Positions 17,471 through 27,134 of a stretch of DNA of 46,932 nucleotides are shown piece after piece (position 1 is the first letter of the stretch; each line of letters opens with the position of its first letter). The stretch spans positions 1-46,932 of the forward strand of contig CAZRUI010000001.1 of the NCBI GenBank assembly GCA_964603225.1, in the 5' to 3' direction. The notes below the pieces were generated by a model. The model was not told the DNA's origin and ran no database searches. It saw only the letters and a list, made by a program, of their open reading frames with translations. The stretch is from an uncultured Candidatus Peribacteria bacterium (GTDB taxonomy: Bacteria > Patescibacteriota > Gracilibacteria > BD1-5 > JAGOOR01). A program made the translations under genes and the position numbers.

Positions 17471-19294
17471 ATGTGCGGTATCGCAGGATTCGCCGGCCAG
17501 GACCACGAACGCATCGAGCGGATGACCGCAGCACTCTCCCACCGCGGACCGGACGGTCGCGCGTGCATCCTGACCGATGACGCGTCGCTCGGACATGCCC
17601 GGCTGGCTATTCTGGATCCGCGGCCGGAAGGCAACCAGCCCATGTGGAACGATGCGAAGACGGCCGCCATCATCTTCAACGGGGAGATCTACAACTACCG
17701 CGACCTGCGGGAGGCTGAAGGGTTTGCCTGCCGCACGGGGACCGACACGGAAGTGCTCCTGCGACTCTACGAGCGCCATGGCATGGCGTTTATTCCGCGC
17801 CTGCGTGGCATGTTTGCGCTGGGCATCTACGATACGGCGACGCGCACATGGCACCTGACCCGGGACAGCGGCGGCATCAAGCCGCTATTTGTGGCGTACC
17901 CCGGCGGCAAGCTGCACTTCGCCTCGGAGATGCGCTCGCTCCTGAGCGCTTTCCCTGTCCGTCCCGCACTGGATCTCACGTCGCTCTCCCTCTACCTGCG
18001 CCTGCAGTATGTGCCCGGTCCGCGGACCATGTGCGAAGGGATAGAGTCCCTGCCACCCGGCACCATTCTCAGCTGGCACGAGGGCAAGGAAACGCGCCAA
18101 TCCTTCAGGCCGCAGGAATCCGTCAGCTTTCCTACGCCGGAAGCGTTTCGTGAAGGCTTCCCCACCCTCATGGACCGGGTAGTGCGGTCGCACTTGGTAT
18201 CCGATAAACCCGTGGGACTCTTCCTGAGCGGAGGGATGGATTCGTCCATCGTTCTGCACCATATGGCCAAGCACGCCAGCGAGCCCGTACGCACCTTCAC
18301 CGTGCGGTTCGATGCCACCGAGGCCGAGGGCGCCAAGCGCTTCAATACTGACGCCGACCTTGCCGCCCTCAGCGCCAGGCACTACGGCACGAAGCACACG
18401 GAGCTTCTGCTGACCGCAGAGCTGTACCGGGACTGGTATCGCGCCACGGCCCGCGCACTGGACCAACCCAACGCAGACTCAGTAGGTGTCGCGCAATTTC
18501 TGCTCTCCCGGGAGGCCAAGAAGACAGTGGACGTGGTGCTAACCGGCGCTGGCGGAGATGAACTCTTCGGCGGCTACCCGCGCTACCGCGTAGCCCGCAT
18601 CCTGCGCCTGCTGCGCACGATGCCACCGCCGCTGCGCGCGGCGACTGCCGCGCTCACGGGCCACCCGGCCGACGTTCTGCGCCTCTCGCCGGGGCCCAAG
18701 CTGGCGGAGCGCCTGCTGGCGCGTCCGGTTCTGGAATGCCGGTCGATCGCGCGGGGGGAATGGTTCGAGCCGGAAGCGACCAACCAGCTCTTTGCTGAGC
18801 GATTCGCGCGCCTTGCGGGATACGATCCCGTACGCGCATTCATGGAGTTCGACCGGACGTTGTGGCTGATTGACGAATCCCTCCGCCTGGCCGATGCCAC
18901 GACGATGGGCAACGGCCTGGAGGGACGCGTGCCGTTCGTAGATCCCCGCCCCCTCGCCGCGAGCCTCTCAACAGACGCGCGCTGGCACGTGACACGCGGT
19001 CGCACCAAGGCGCTCCTCAAGCGCACCTATCGCGGCCTTCTGCCGGACCATCTGTACACGCTTGAGAAGGCATCATTCTACCCGCCTGTGGCCAAGTGGA
19101 TCCGACGGGAAGCCGGGCCCCTGGTAGAAGAGATGCTCGTCCATCCCGGCATCGCCCGGTACTTTGAACAGAAGGCACTCCGCCGGCTCTACAACGCCCA
19201 TTGCGGCGGCGGATACCACCTGCACCCGCTCTCGTCGCTCATCCAACTCATGTGCTGGTTCGATGAAGTGTACGAAGCGCGATCGGAACCCTAA
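17471..19294 (+). CDS. asnB: Asparagine synthase (glutamine-hydrolysing) family amidotransferase
   Basis: 607 aa. N-terminal MCGIAGF (Ntn Cys2), PP-loop LFLSGGMDSS. Confidence 0.9.
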   Translation: MCGIAGFAGQDHERIERMTAALSHRGPDGRACILTDDASLGHARLAILDPRPEGNQPMWNDAKTAAIIFNGEIYNYRDLREAEGFACRTGTDTEVLLRLYERHGMAFIPRLRGMFALGIYDTATRTWHLTRDSGGIKPLFVAYPGGKLHFASEMRSLLSAFPVRPALDLTSLSLYLRLQYVPGPRTMCEGIESLPPGTILSWHEGKETRQSFRPQESVSFPTPEAFREGFPTLMDRVVRSHLVSDKPVGLFLSGGMDSSIVLHHMAKHASEPVRTFTVRFDATEAEGAKRFNTDADLAALSARHYGTKHTELLLTAELYRDWYRATARALDQPNADSVGVAQFLLSREAKKTVDVVLTGAGGDELFGGYPRYRVARILRLLRTMPPPLRAATAALTGHPADVLRLSPGPKLAERLLARPVLECRSIARGEWFEPEATNQLFAERFARLAGYDPVRAFMEFDRTLWLIDESLRLADATTMGNGLEGRVPFVDPRPLAASLSTDARWHVTRGRTKALLKRTYRGLLPDHLYTLEKASFYPPVAKWIRREAGPLVEEMLVHPGIARYFEQKALRRLYNAHCGGGYHLHPLSSLIQLMCWFDEVYEARSEP

Positions 19295-21051
19295 TCCAGC
19301 GCGAACTGCCGGAGGTACACCTCAATCTCCTGCGCCTTCTCTGGCGGCATGGCGGATTTCTGCAGGATGCAATTGCCCAGCACCAGGTAGTCCATATGGG
19401 TGTGCGTGAAGCAGTTCAGCGCGTCCCTGGGCGATTCCACGATCGGCTCCCCGCGGACGTTGAAGGACGTATTGATGATGACGGCGCATCCGGTGCGTCG
19501 CTCAAACGCCTTGAGGAGGTCGTAGTAGCGGGGATTCTGTTCCCGGCGAATGGTCTGGATGCGCGCCGACCCGTCCACATGGGTGACGGCGGGGATCTCT
19601 CCCCGGCGGTGTTCCCGGACCGGCGCCACCAGCAACATGTACGGGCTCTCGCGGTCCAGCTCGAAGTACTCCCCCGCCTGCTCCTCCAGCACCGTCGGCG
19701 CGAACGGCCGGAACGATTCGCGGAACTTGATCTTCAGGTTCACCTTCTGCCAGTTGGCCCTGTTGCGCGCGTCAGCGATGATGCTGCGGTTCCCAAGTGA
19801 CCGCGGACCGAACTCCATCCGCCCCTGGAACCAGCCGATCACGTTCTCGCCTTCAAGCATTGAAGCGACTCGTTCGATCAGCACATCGTCGTCCAGCGTC
19901 TCGTACGGCAGGCCCGTGGAATCCAGGAAGGAGACGATCTCCTCCTGCGTGTAGGCGTTGCCCAGATAGGCGTGCTCCATGCGCGGCGTGCGCGCCCCCT
20001 TGAAGTGCTTGTGCCACACGGCCAGCGCCGCCCCCAAAGCGCCTCCCGCATCACCGGATGCTGGCTGGATGAAGATGTCCTTGAACATCCCGCTTCGCAG
20101 GATCTTGCCGTTGGCCACGCAGTTGAGCGCCACGCCGCCCGCAAGGCACAGATAGTCGGATTTTGTCAGTTCCTTGGCGTGCGCGGCGATCTTCAGCATG
20201 ATCTCGTCCGTCAGCTCCTGGAGCGAGCGCGCGACGTCCTTGTGGAACTGCGTGAGCTCGCCCTCCGGCGATCGGCGGGGCTGGCCAAAGAGCCGTTCCA
20301 TTGCCGCTCCCGTCATGGTGCTGCCGTGCTCGTACGTGAAGTACTTCATCTGCAGCTGGAAGCTGCCGTCTTCGCGCACCTCGATGAGCTTGCGCATCGT
20401 TTCCAGGTACGTGGGCTCCCCGTAGGGCGCCAGGCCCATCACCTTGTACTCCGCGCTGTTCACCCGGAACCCCAGGTAATACGTGATCGCGGAGTAGAGC
20501 AGGCCGAGCGAATGCGGGAAATCTATCTGCTTGCGAAGCTGGCAATCCACGCCCCGGCCGTGGCCGATCGTCGTGGTTGCCCACTCCCCCACGCCGTCCA
20601 CTGTGACAATCGCTGCGTCTGGGAAGCCGGACACGTAGTACGCGGACGCCGCATGGGACTCATGGTGCGGCACGAAAAAGATGTCGCCCTGGTAGGACAG
20701 TTCCGAGCGGATGTGCTGCGGAATCCAGAATTTCTTGGTCATCCACTCCTGCATGGCACGGTGGTACGTCAGGAATCCCAGCGGCCACACCTTGATAAGG
20801 GTCCGGAGAATGCGCTCGAACTTGAGGAGCGGCTTCTCGTAGAACACAACGGCAGCGAGGTTTTCCACCGTAATTCCCGCATGCGCCAGCGCGTGGTCGA
20901 TCGCCTCACGTGGGAACGCCTCGTCATGCTTCTTTCGCGTGTAGCGCTCCTCATGGGCACCAAAGAGCACTTCGCCGTCCTTCAGGAGCACCGCTGCACT
21001 GTCGTGGTAGTGGCAGGAGAGGCCTAGGATGTAGGTCGGTTTGGGGGACAT
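19291..21051 (-). CDS. Carbamoyltransferase (NodU/CmcH family)
   Basis: 586 aa. Motifs YILGLSCHYHDSAAVLLKDGE, VPHHESHAASAY, RPFAPTV, TSFNVRGEPIV. 4-nt convergent overlap with asnB. Confidence 0.9.
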   Translation of the reverse strand: MSPKPTYILGLSCHYHDSAAVLLKDGEVLFGAHEERYTRKKHDEAFPREAIDHALAHAGITVENLAAVVFYEKPLLKFERILRTLIKVWPLGFLTYHRAMQEWMTKKFWIPQHIRSELSYQGDIFFVPHHESHAASAYYVSGFPDAAIVTVDGVGEWATTTIGHGRGVDCQLRKQIDFPHSLGLLYSAITYYLGFRVNSAEYKVMGLAPYGEPTYLETMRKLIEVREDGSFQLQMKYFTYEHGSTMTGAAMERLFGQPRRSPEGELTQFHKDVARSLQELTDEIMLKIAAHAKELTKSDYLCLAGGVALNCVANGKILRSGMFKDIFIQPASGDAGGALGAALAVWHKHFKGARTPRMEHAYLGNAYTQEEIVSFLDSTGLPYETLDDDVLIERVASMLEGENVIGWFQGRMEFGPRSLGNRSIIADARNRANWQKVNLKIKFRESFRPFAPTVLEEQAGEYFELDRESPYMLLVAPVREHRRGEIPAVTHVDGSARIQTIRREQNPRYYDLLKAFERRTGCAVIINTSFNVRGEPIVESPRDALNCFTHTHMDYLVLGNCILQKSAMPPEKAQEIEVYLRQFALD

Positions 21052-21052
21052 G

Positions 21053-21277
21053 CTAGAACTGGAAGCGGATGTCCTGCTGCGGTTCGGCGTCTCTCCAGTA
21101 TGAGGCCGGCGCGCGTCCGGGCCGGACTAGCACAACCGCCTTAAGAACTAGCGCGTACGCCGCGATGACCGTGAGCCAGAAGATCGTAAGCAGGATGCGG
21201 CTCATCACGAAGCCGAGCGCATGGCTGAACGCCATCCATCGGTCCTTGAGCCACTGGAGCCACGAAGGAAGCCGCAT
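21053..21277 (-). CDS. Small membrane protein, possibly a short SxtJ-like carbamoyltransferase partner
   Basis: 74 aa with one or two hydrophobic spans (FVMSRILLTIFWLTVIAAYALVL). Ends 1 nt before the carbamoyltransferase start. Family call is weak. Confidence 0.5.
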   Translation of the reverse strand: MRLPSWLQWLKDRWMAFSHALGFVMSRILLTIFWLTVIAAYALVLKAVVLVRPGRAPASYWRDAEPQQDIRFQF

Positions 21278-21286
21278 GGAAGAGGC

Positions 21287-21475
21287 CTAGATGAGCGTGT
21301 AGATGAACGGCGCCAGCACCGAGGTCTGCGCGAAGATCAGCAGGAACGCGAAGAGGACGATGCAGAGCAGGATGGGGGCCAGCCACCACTTCTTCCGCAC
21401 GCGGAGGAACTGCCAGAGCTGCCAGAAGATACTGAGTTTTCCGTTCGGCATGGAGTGGAGGGAAACGGAACTCAT
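21287..21475 (-). CDS. DUF5989-like small membrane protein
   Basis: C-terminal part of ORF 21287..21838. ATG 21475 forms an ATGA overlap with the SGNH stop; alternative ATG 21451. FLRVRKKWWLAPILLCIVLFAFLLIF..APFIYTLI matches my recollection of DUF5989 proteins found next to carbamoyltransferases. Confidence 0.6.
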   Translation of the reverse strand: MSSVSLHSMPNGKLSIFWQLWQFLRVRKKWWLAPILLCIVLFAFLLIFAQTSVLAPFIYTLI

Positions 21476-22548
21476 CGTACCGATCCGGTGCCTGTAGGCA
21501 AGCCGGATGCCGGCAGAAGGCCTTCCCGGCGGATGTACGCGACCATCGCTTCCGCTGCCTTGGCGTGCGCGTCCGCCGTCGGGTGGTGATCCCAGCCCAG
21601 AGTGGGATAGTGGTTGCCAAAAAGGTCGCCCAGATCCAACACGCGCCACCCGTGATCCTGCGCCAGCCGGTCCACCATCAGGACCGTCTCCGGGTGCAGC
21701 CAGTTGTCCGGCCAGCGGACCAGGAGCTTGGGCTTGCCGCCTACGGACGCCGAGAGGCGCTCGAACCATGCACGGTAGTACGCCCGCATGTCCGGGGTCC
21801 ACTCGGCGGCCAGAATATCCGTCTTGGCCCGGAACCACATGCCCTTGGTGCGCCGTTCGATGAACGTGAAGAGGGCGCTGTTCTCATGCAAGAATGCCTT
21901 GCCGGGGATCCGCCACGTGCCACGGCGCGTGATGGCCGCCCGCAACCGAGCCGCTTCTTCTTCCGGCGTCAGGTTTTCCGTCGTGAGCCGTCCTCCCGCA
22001 TCGTAGTGCGCTTTGGGGTCCGCATCGTTGATCACGAACTCCAGGATGACCATTACCGGATCCAACGGTGCCACCTTGGTCTCGTATGCGATCACCTCCT
22101 GCTCCATGTTGTAGCCACTCACCCCCGCGTTCACCACGCTATAATCCGGGAATGCCTGCGCCAGACGGGCGGGATTCGTTTCTTGATCCTCCACGCCGAA
22201 CCCAAACGCCATTGAATCGCCCACCACGGCAATGACTGGCCTGGCGGGATCCAGTGCCGGCGAGCGGAAGCCGTTTGCATCCGTGGTCACCGTCTCGCGG
22301 TTATAGCCATCCCGGTGCAGGCCGGGGATCAGCTCGTACACCAGGCCTTCCACCGCGCTCGGCCGGTATAAGGGAGGATCTGGACGCATGGGCTGCAATC
22401 CCGCCACACGGACGAACGCCTCGCTAAGCAGCAGGCACAGCAGGAGCGAGCACACGGACAGAAGCAGATTCAGCACCAAGGCGCGCCACGAGCGGAGCCA
22501 GGAGGCGGTCATGGCACCCATGCTACGTGAGAGACAGCGCGCATCCAA
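21472..22548 (-). CDS. Membrane-anchored SGNH/GDSL hydrolase (paralog 2 of 3)
   Basis: 358 aa. TTG 22548 has CAGTAT 6 nt upstream; alternative ATGs at 22521 and 22512. Motifs VVGDSMAFGFGV, AGVSGYN, GWDHHPT. Confidence 0.75.
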   Translation of the reverse strand: MDARCLSRSMGAMTASWLRSWRALVLNLLLSVCSLLLCLLLSEAFVRVAGLQPMRPDPPLYRPSAVEGLVYELIPGLHRDGYNRETVTTDANGFRSPALDPARPVIAVVGDSMAFGFGVEDQETNPARLAQAFPDYSVVNAGVSGYNMEQEVIAYETKVAPLDPVMVILEFVINDADPKAHYDAGGRLTTENLTPEEEAARLRAAITRRGTWRIPGKAFLHENSALFTFIERRTKGMWFRAKTDILAAEWTPDMRAYYRAWFERLSASVGGKPKLLVRWPDNWLHPETVLMVDRLAQDHGWRVLDLGDLFGNHYPTLGWDHHPTADAHAKAAEAMVAYIRREGLLPASGLPTGTGSVR

Positions 22549-22553
22549 TACGG

Positions 22554-22560
22554 CATACTG
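22554..22560. promoter_or_regulatory. Shared palindromic -10 (CATACTG/CAGTATG) serving divergent leaderless starts TTG 22548 and GTG 22566
   Basis: Exactly 6 nt from each hexamer to its start codon. The start codons are 17 nt apart. Confidence 0.45.
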
Positions 22561-22565
22561 GACCG

Positions 22566-23891
22566 GTGTTCGCCCAATTCCTGCGCTCCCTTCACCGGAT
22601 TCTCACTCTGCCGTTCGTACGAGATCTTCTGACGCTGCAAGCTGGCTCCATGGCGTATCTCGGTGCTACGTTCGGCGCCTCAATCCTCACGGCGCGTATT
22701 CTGGGCACCGACCAATTCGGCATGTACGCCGTCGCCCTTGCCTTCACCGGAACGGTCAACGTGTTCCTGAATTTTGGACAAGGATCATCCCTACTCGTCT
22801 TCTTCGCCGAAGAGTATGCCAAACAAGGCAAGCAGGGCATGGCCATTGTGCTGCGCAATTACCTGCACCTCTCACTACTCAACGTACTTATCCTGGTAAT
22901 CCTGATCCTTCTGACTCCGTGGTTCGCCCGCACGCTCTACGGCCGGTCGGACATCGCGCTGCCGGCACAGCTACTGTTCGCCTTCGATGCCGTGGATATC
23001 TGGAGCAGCATGGGGCTTACCATCCTGCAGGCCACACGGTCCATCCGGCCGAAAGTCGCAGTGGAACAGGCGAGTAACATGGCTGTTCTCGGCTGCGGGC
23101 TCTTTGGCCTTCTCTTTGGGTTTGGTGTCACCGGCATCGTCACAGGTCAGCTCATCGCGGCACTTGTCATGCTGCCCGTCACATTCATAATAGTACGCCG
23201 CAGCGTGCGTCACAGCCGCCTGCCCAGCATGAAAGACCTATGGCGGATACGTTTCGGCCAGACCGTTCCATACATCGGCCAGAGTGTCCTGTTCGCGGTC
23301 GATAAGAACATAGGCGGCCTATTCCCCAACGCACTGTTTTTCCTCGTAAGTCTCATCGCTCCTCCTGCCGCCGTGGGGGTCATGCGCATCGCCACGCAGA
23401 TCGCAGCCATGCCCCGCACGGTGGTCCTGCCCCACGTAGCGGACCTGTCCGTGAGCGTGTTCGCCAAACTGCGCGCTTCAGGCGGTGACGGTCTGCGTCG
23501 TAACGCGGCTCAGGTGGTGAAGCACGCGCTCCTCCTGCACAGCCTGATGGTGCTGGGCGCATTGATCGCTAGTCCGTTCGTCCTGTTGCTCTACGGCCCG
23601 CAGTATGCCGACGCCATTCCGCTCACACTCGTCCTCCTGCCGCTCTCCCTGCCCGTTTCGCTCACTATCACTAATTCTCCTCTCCTACGGATGTTCCGCA
23701 AGATCCACCTTTCAATCGTCCTGACATCCGCCTCCTGGCTCATCGCCATCGGCGGCATGCTCCTGCTGCGCTCGGTGATCGCACCGTACACGCTATTCGC
23801 CCTCATGTACGGCTTCCTGTACGCCATGCCGTGCGTGCTCACAATCTACATCTTCCGGCGGCTCTTACAGCCACTCCCGGCAACGACATGA
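22566..23891 (+). CDS. Oligosaccharide flippase (Wzx/MOP superfamily)
   Basis: ORF track 22527..23891. GTG 22566 (VFAQFLRSL) has CATACT 6 nt upstream. At least 12 hydrophobic spans with a typical polysaccharide-biosynthesis-protein N-terminus (GSMAYLGATFGASILTARILG). Confidence 0.8.
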   Translation: MFAQFLRSLHRILTLPFVRDLLTLQAGSMAYLGATFGASILTARILGTDQFGMYAVALAFTGTVNVFLNFGQGSSLLVFFAEEYAKQGKQGMAIVLRNYLHLSLLNVLILVILILLTPWFARTLYGRSDIALPAQLLFAFDAVDIWSSMGLTILQATRSIRPKVAVEQASNMAVLGCGLFGLLFGFGVTGIVTGQLIAALVMLPVTFIIVRRSVRHSRLPSMKDLWRIRFGQTVPYIGQSVLFAVDKNIGGLFPNALFFLVSLIAPPAAVGVMRIATQIAAMPRTVVLPHVADLSVSVFAKLRASGGDGLRRNAAQVVKHALLLHSLMVLGALIASPFVLLLYGPQYADAIPLTLVLLPLSLPVSLTITNSPLLRMFRKIHLSIVLTSASWLIAIGGMLLLRSVIAPYTLFALMYGFLYAMPCVLTIYIFRRLLQPLPATT

Positions 23892-25045
23892 GGATCCTGC
23901 ACGTCACCGACGGACTGCCACCGCGCGTACTGGGCGGAACGGGCGCTATTGTATTGCAGACTGCCTGTGAACAGGCAGAGAGGAAGAATGACGTGCACAT
24001 TCTCACTGCCGGCCCGGACCCAGCTACCCGCATAGAGCGGGATGTGACCGTGCATACCCTGCCGGAACACCCCCAGCGGTGGGCGTACTACCGCAGTGTG
24101 TTCTCGCACAAACGTGCTCGCGAGGTGCTGCAGGTCATCCGCACCGTGCAACCGGACCTGATTCACCTGCACACCGTCGCCGGGCAGTGCGGTTACGTCT
24201 GGATCGCTCCGGCAGCACGGGATGGCGTTCCCATCGTAGCCACCGCGCACGATGTGATGCATGTCGCCTGTGGCCGCGTGACTACCCATGAACGCGCCCT
24301 CTGGCTGAAAGACTTGCGCCGGACGCGCTGGTACTGGAATCCACTACGTACCGTATTCATCCGACGCGCACTGCGGCAAGTACGGCTCCTCACGGTGAGC
24401 GACGCGCTCAAGCGGTACCTGGAAGCACACGGCTTACGGGTAGCCAGCACAGTGCATAATGGGATTCCTACCTCATTCTGGGAACCACAGAACCAGGCGG
24501 CAGCAAGATTGCACACTGGCATTCCAGCGGATGTTCCCGTCTTCCTGCTGGCGGGCCGCCTGGGGTACGACAAAGGCACCACGCTGGTGGCGCAGACATT
24601 GCCGCCGGACGCGCACTTGATCGTCGCCGGCGACAGCGACCGGGCACACTTCGCGATGCTAGGGGATAGGCAACATGTTTTCCCCCGCCAATCCCCCACA
24701 GAGATGCGGACGCTCTACGCGGCATGCGACGCCGTACTGGTGCCGTCACGCTGCCTGGACTGCTTCCCGACGGTTTGCCTGGAGGCTATGGCCTGCGGCC
24801 GACCGGTGCTAGCCACCAGCTGGGGGGGCGCCAGAGAGGCGGTGGCGGATGGCATCACCGGCTGGGTGATGGACCCATACGATACGGCAGCATGGCGTTC
24901 CCGCATGGAGTGGTGCGCAGCCAACCGTGCGCTCTGCCGGGCATCCGGTGAATGGGGAAGAATCCGAGCGGTGGAGCGATTTTCCCTGCCGCCGTACATC
25001 ACGCGCTTGGAGGAACAGTACCAGCGGGCGGCTTCTGCGCGATGA
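23888..25045 (+). CDS. Glycosyltransferase family 1 (GT4-type)
   Basis: ORF track 23831..25045. ATG 23888 (MRILHVTDGLPP) forms an ATGA overlap with the flippase stop. Motif VPSRCLDCFPTVCLEAMACGRPVLAT. Confidence 0.85.
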   Translation: MRILHVTDGLPPRVLGGTGAIVLQTACEQAERKNDVHILTAGPDPATRIERDVTVHTLPEHPQRWAYYRSVFSHKRAREVLQVIRTVQPDLIHLHTVAGQCGYVWIAPAARDGVPIVATAHDVMHVACGRVTTHERALWLKDLRRTRWYWNPLRTVFIRRALRQVRLLTVSDALKRYLEAHGLRVASTVHNGIPTSFWEPQNQAAARLHTGIPADVPVFLLAGRLGYDKGTTLVAQTLPPDAHLIVAGDSDRAHFAMLGDRQHVFPRQSPTEMRTLYAACDAVLVPSRCLDCFPTVCLEAMACGRPVLATSWGGAREAVADGITGWVMDPYDTAAWRSRMEWCAANRALCRASGEWGRIRAVERFSLPPYITRLEEQYQRAASAR

Positions 25046-25961
25046 TCCACACGTAATCCAACCTGCCCGCCCGAATGACAGCCTGGGCCAACAAGGACCG
25101 TAGCAGTTCACGCATGATGCGCTTCAGCAACAACGGGCGCACCCCGACAGGCGCGACAGACTGTAGTGCGTCTATGCTGACTGGTGCGGATTGCTTGGCT
25201 GCCACCGGTGATGGCCGGCGGAGTCCCAGGCGGAACAGGGATTCACCGATACTGAAGTGCGGCGCGTCAAAATCCCGTCTGCCCTGCACTACCACAGTGA
25301 ACCCGACCTTGCGCAGCAAGGTCGGCAGCGTCTGCTCATTGAACAATGTCAGATGCTCCGGGTAGTACAACTGCCAAGCGTCACCTAGTGCGCGCGCCGA
25401 GTAGCTGTCTTTGTTCGGCGTCTCAATCACCAGGAAGGAGCCGCCGTCCATGGCGGAGAAGAGCGTTTGCAAATCCGTCACCGGATCATCCAGATGCTCA
25501 ATGACATGGAACAAGGTCAACACACGCGTGGGACGCTGCGCGATCAGGGCCGGCACGTCGCTCAAGGTGCCTCGGAGCACAGGCAGTCCGACTTGCGCCG
25601 CCATAGCCACACCCTCCTCCCCTGGTTCGATGCCGTAGGCATCACGGTACCCCTGCTCCTGCATCACCTGGAGGAGCGTACCCTCCCCCGTACCGATGTC
25701 GCATAATCCTTCTAGGGGAATGTGTCGCCTGATCGACCGCAACCGCTGCAGCGAGTTCCGCCTGCGGCGTTCGATCTTCTCTGGATTCTTCTGCACATCG
25801 ATGGTGTCATAGTACGTATCATCAAGGACCTTGCGCTCCATCCACAGCAAGCCGCACTGCGAACACTGCCGCATGGGCAGATCCCGGATGTGACGAGAGG
25901 TGCCCAGAATGAGGCAGAGGCTGCAGTGCGTACGCTCAGGATACCGGGATGAACCATGCAT
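24999..25961 (-). CDS. Class I SAM-dependent methyltransferase with N-terminal zinc ribbon
   Basis: 320 aa. CSLC..CSQCG near the N-terminus, motif I LCDIGTGEGTL. 47-nt convergent overlap with 23888..25045. Confidence 0.8.
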   Translation of the reverse strand: MHGSSRYPERTHCSLCLILGTSRHIRDLPMRQCSQCGLLWMERKVLDDTYYDTIDVQKNPEKIERRRRNSLQRLRSIRRHIPLEGLCDIGTGEGTLLQVMQEQGYRDAYGIEPGEEGVAMAAQVGLPVLRGTLSDVPALIAQRPTRVLTLFHVIEHLDDPVTDLQTLFSAMDGGSFLVIETPNKDSYSARALGDAWQLYYPEHLTLFNEQTLPTLLRKVGFTVVVQGRRDFDAPHFSIGESLFRLGLRRPSPVAAKQSAPVSIDALQSVAPVGVRPLLLKRIMRELLRSLLAQAVIRAGRLDYVWIIAQKPPAGTVPPSA

Positions 25962-26006
25962 GGCGGCACAGTAAGCTACCTGCTCCTACGCAGGCAAACA
26001 GGGTGC

Positions 26007-27134
26007 CTAGCGCAATAGCGCATCGATCGCCTCCGTCACCATCCCAACGGTCGTCTGCTCGATGGCCGCCCGCTGCCCCGCAGTCTCTTCGCGCAGCGTC
26101 TCTGCTACAAACGACGACGGACGTATCTCCGGCGGCGGCACGAGCGCCACGCGCGGACCGGGCGGAGGCGGCTGCTCGCGCGGATCCACTGGCCCCACAA
26201 TGTCTACGACCGGCACGCCAAACGCGTGGGCGATGTACAGCGGACCAGTATCCACACTCACAAAAAGCGCCGCCCGCTCCAGTATAGCGGCTAACTGGCG
26301 CAAGCTCAGGCCGCCGGCATCCACGAACAGCGGATCGTCACCCGTCGCGGTCTTGGCCTGCGCGGTGACGGCAGTATCGGCCGAAGAGAAGAGCACCACC
26401 ATCCCCCACCGCTCGCGGATGTGCCGTGCCACGCGCACGAAACGGTCCAATGGCCATTCCTTGACCCGGTTGCCAGCGGTGAGGGAGAGCACGGCGTAGC
26501 GGGCGTTCGGTTCCGGCAGACGGTCGCCCAGCCAGCGCCCGGCCTCCGCGCGCTCGTCCTCTGCCAGGAAAATCTGGTGCTCGTACGGCACTCTGGGTGC
26601 ACCGCATGCTTCCGCGATCCGCATGTAGTGGTCGTATGTCCGCGTACCGCGATGATACGTGAGACGATGCGTGTGGAGCAGATGGAGCAGCCGCGTCCAC
26701 ATCCCCGCACGCTCGCCGCGCGTGTGCAGGCGCACGAGCGCGGAAGACCATAGCCCAACGATGGCACTGGTTGTTCCCGGCAGAACGGAAACGCAGCAGG
26801 CGTAGCGCCGGCGATGGATGTGCAGGAGGAGACGCAAAAAGCCGAAGGCAGTGCCATATGCCGGGTCATCCTGGAACACGCAGCGCGATACGGCGGGATG
26901 GTGCCATAGCACCTCGCTTACCCGTTGCAGGCAGAGCACGTCAAGCGGGCGGGATCCGGGCAGGTTCCCGAACGCGCGAAGGAGCGGAGTGGTGCACACC
27001 AGGTCGCCAATCTTCCCCGTCTGCTGCACCAGGACGCCGCTGGCCGTGCCCCGCGCCCGCCGCCACGCGGCGGCGGCCAATAGCCAGGGGAGCATCAGCA
27101 GCGTGACGAGCGAGATGATGCCTGCGCGTATCAC
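26007..27134 (-). CDS. Glycosyltransferase family 9 (heptosyltransferase-like)
   Basis: ORF track 26007..27314. GTG 27134 (VIRAGIISLV) forms a GTGA overlap with the upstream stop. Motifs GKIGDLVCTTPLLRA, SLTAGNRVKEWPLDRF, VSVDTGPLYIAHAFGVPVV. Confidence 0.85.
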   Translation of the reverse strand: MIRAGIISLVTLLMLPWLLAAAAWRRARGTASGVLVQQTGKIGDLVCTTPLLRAFGNLPGSRPLDVLCLQRVSEVLWHHPAVSRCVFQDDPAYGTAFGFLRLLLHIHRRRYACCVSVLPGTTSAIVGLWSSALVRLHTRGERAGMWTRLLHLLHTHRLTYHRGTRTYDHYMRIAEACGAPRVPYEHQIFLAEDERAEAGRWLGDRLPEPNARYAVLSLTAGNRVKEWPLDRFVRVARHIRERWGMVVLFSSADTAVTAQAKTATGDDPLFVDAGGLSLRQLAAILERAALFVSVDTGPLYIAHAFGVPVVDIVGPVDPREQPPPPGPRVALVPPPEIRPSSFVAETLREETAGQRAAIEQTTVGMVTEAIDALLR

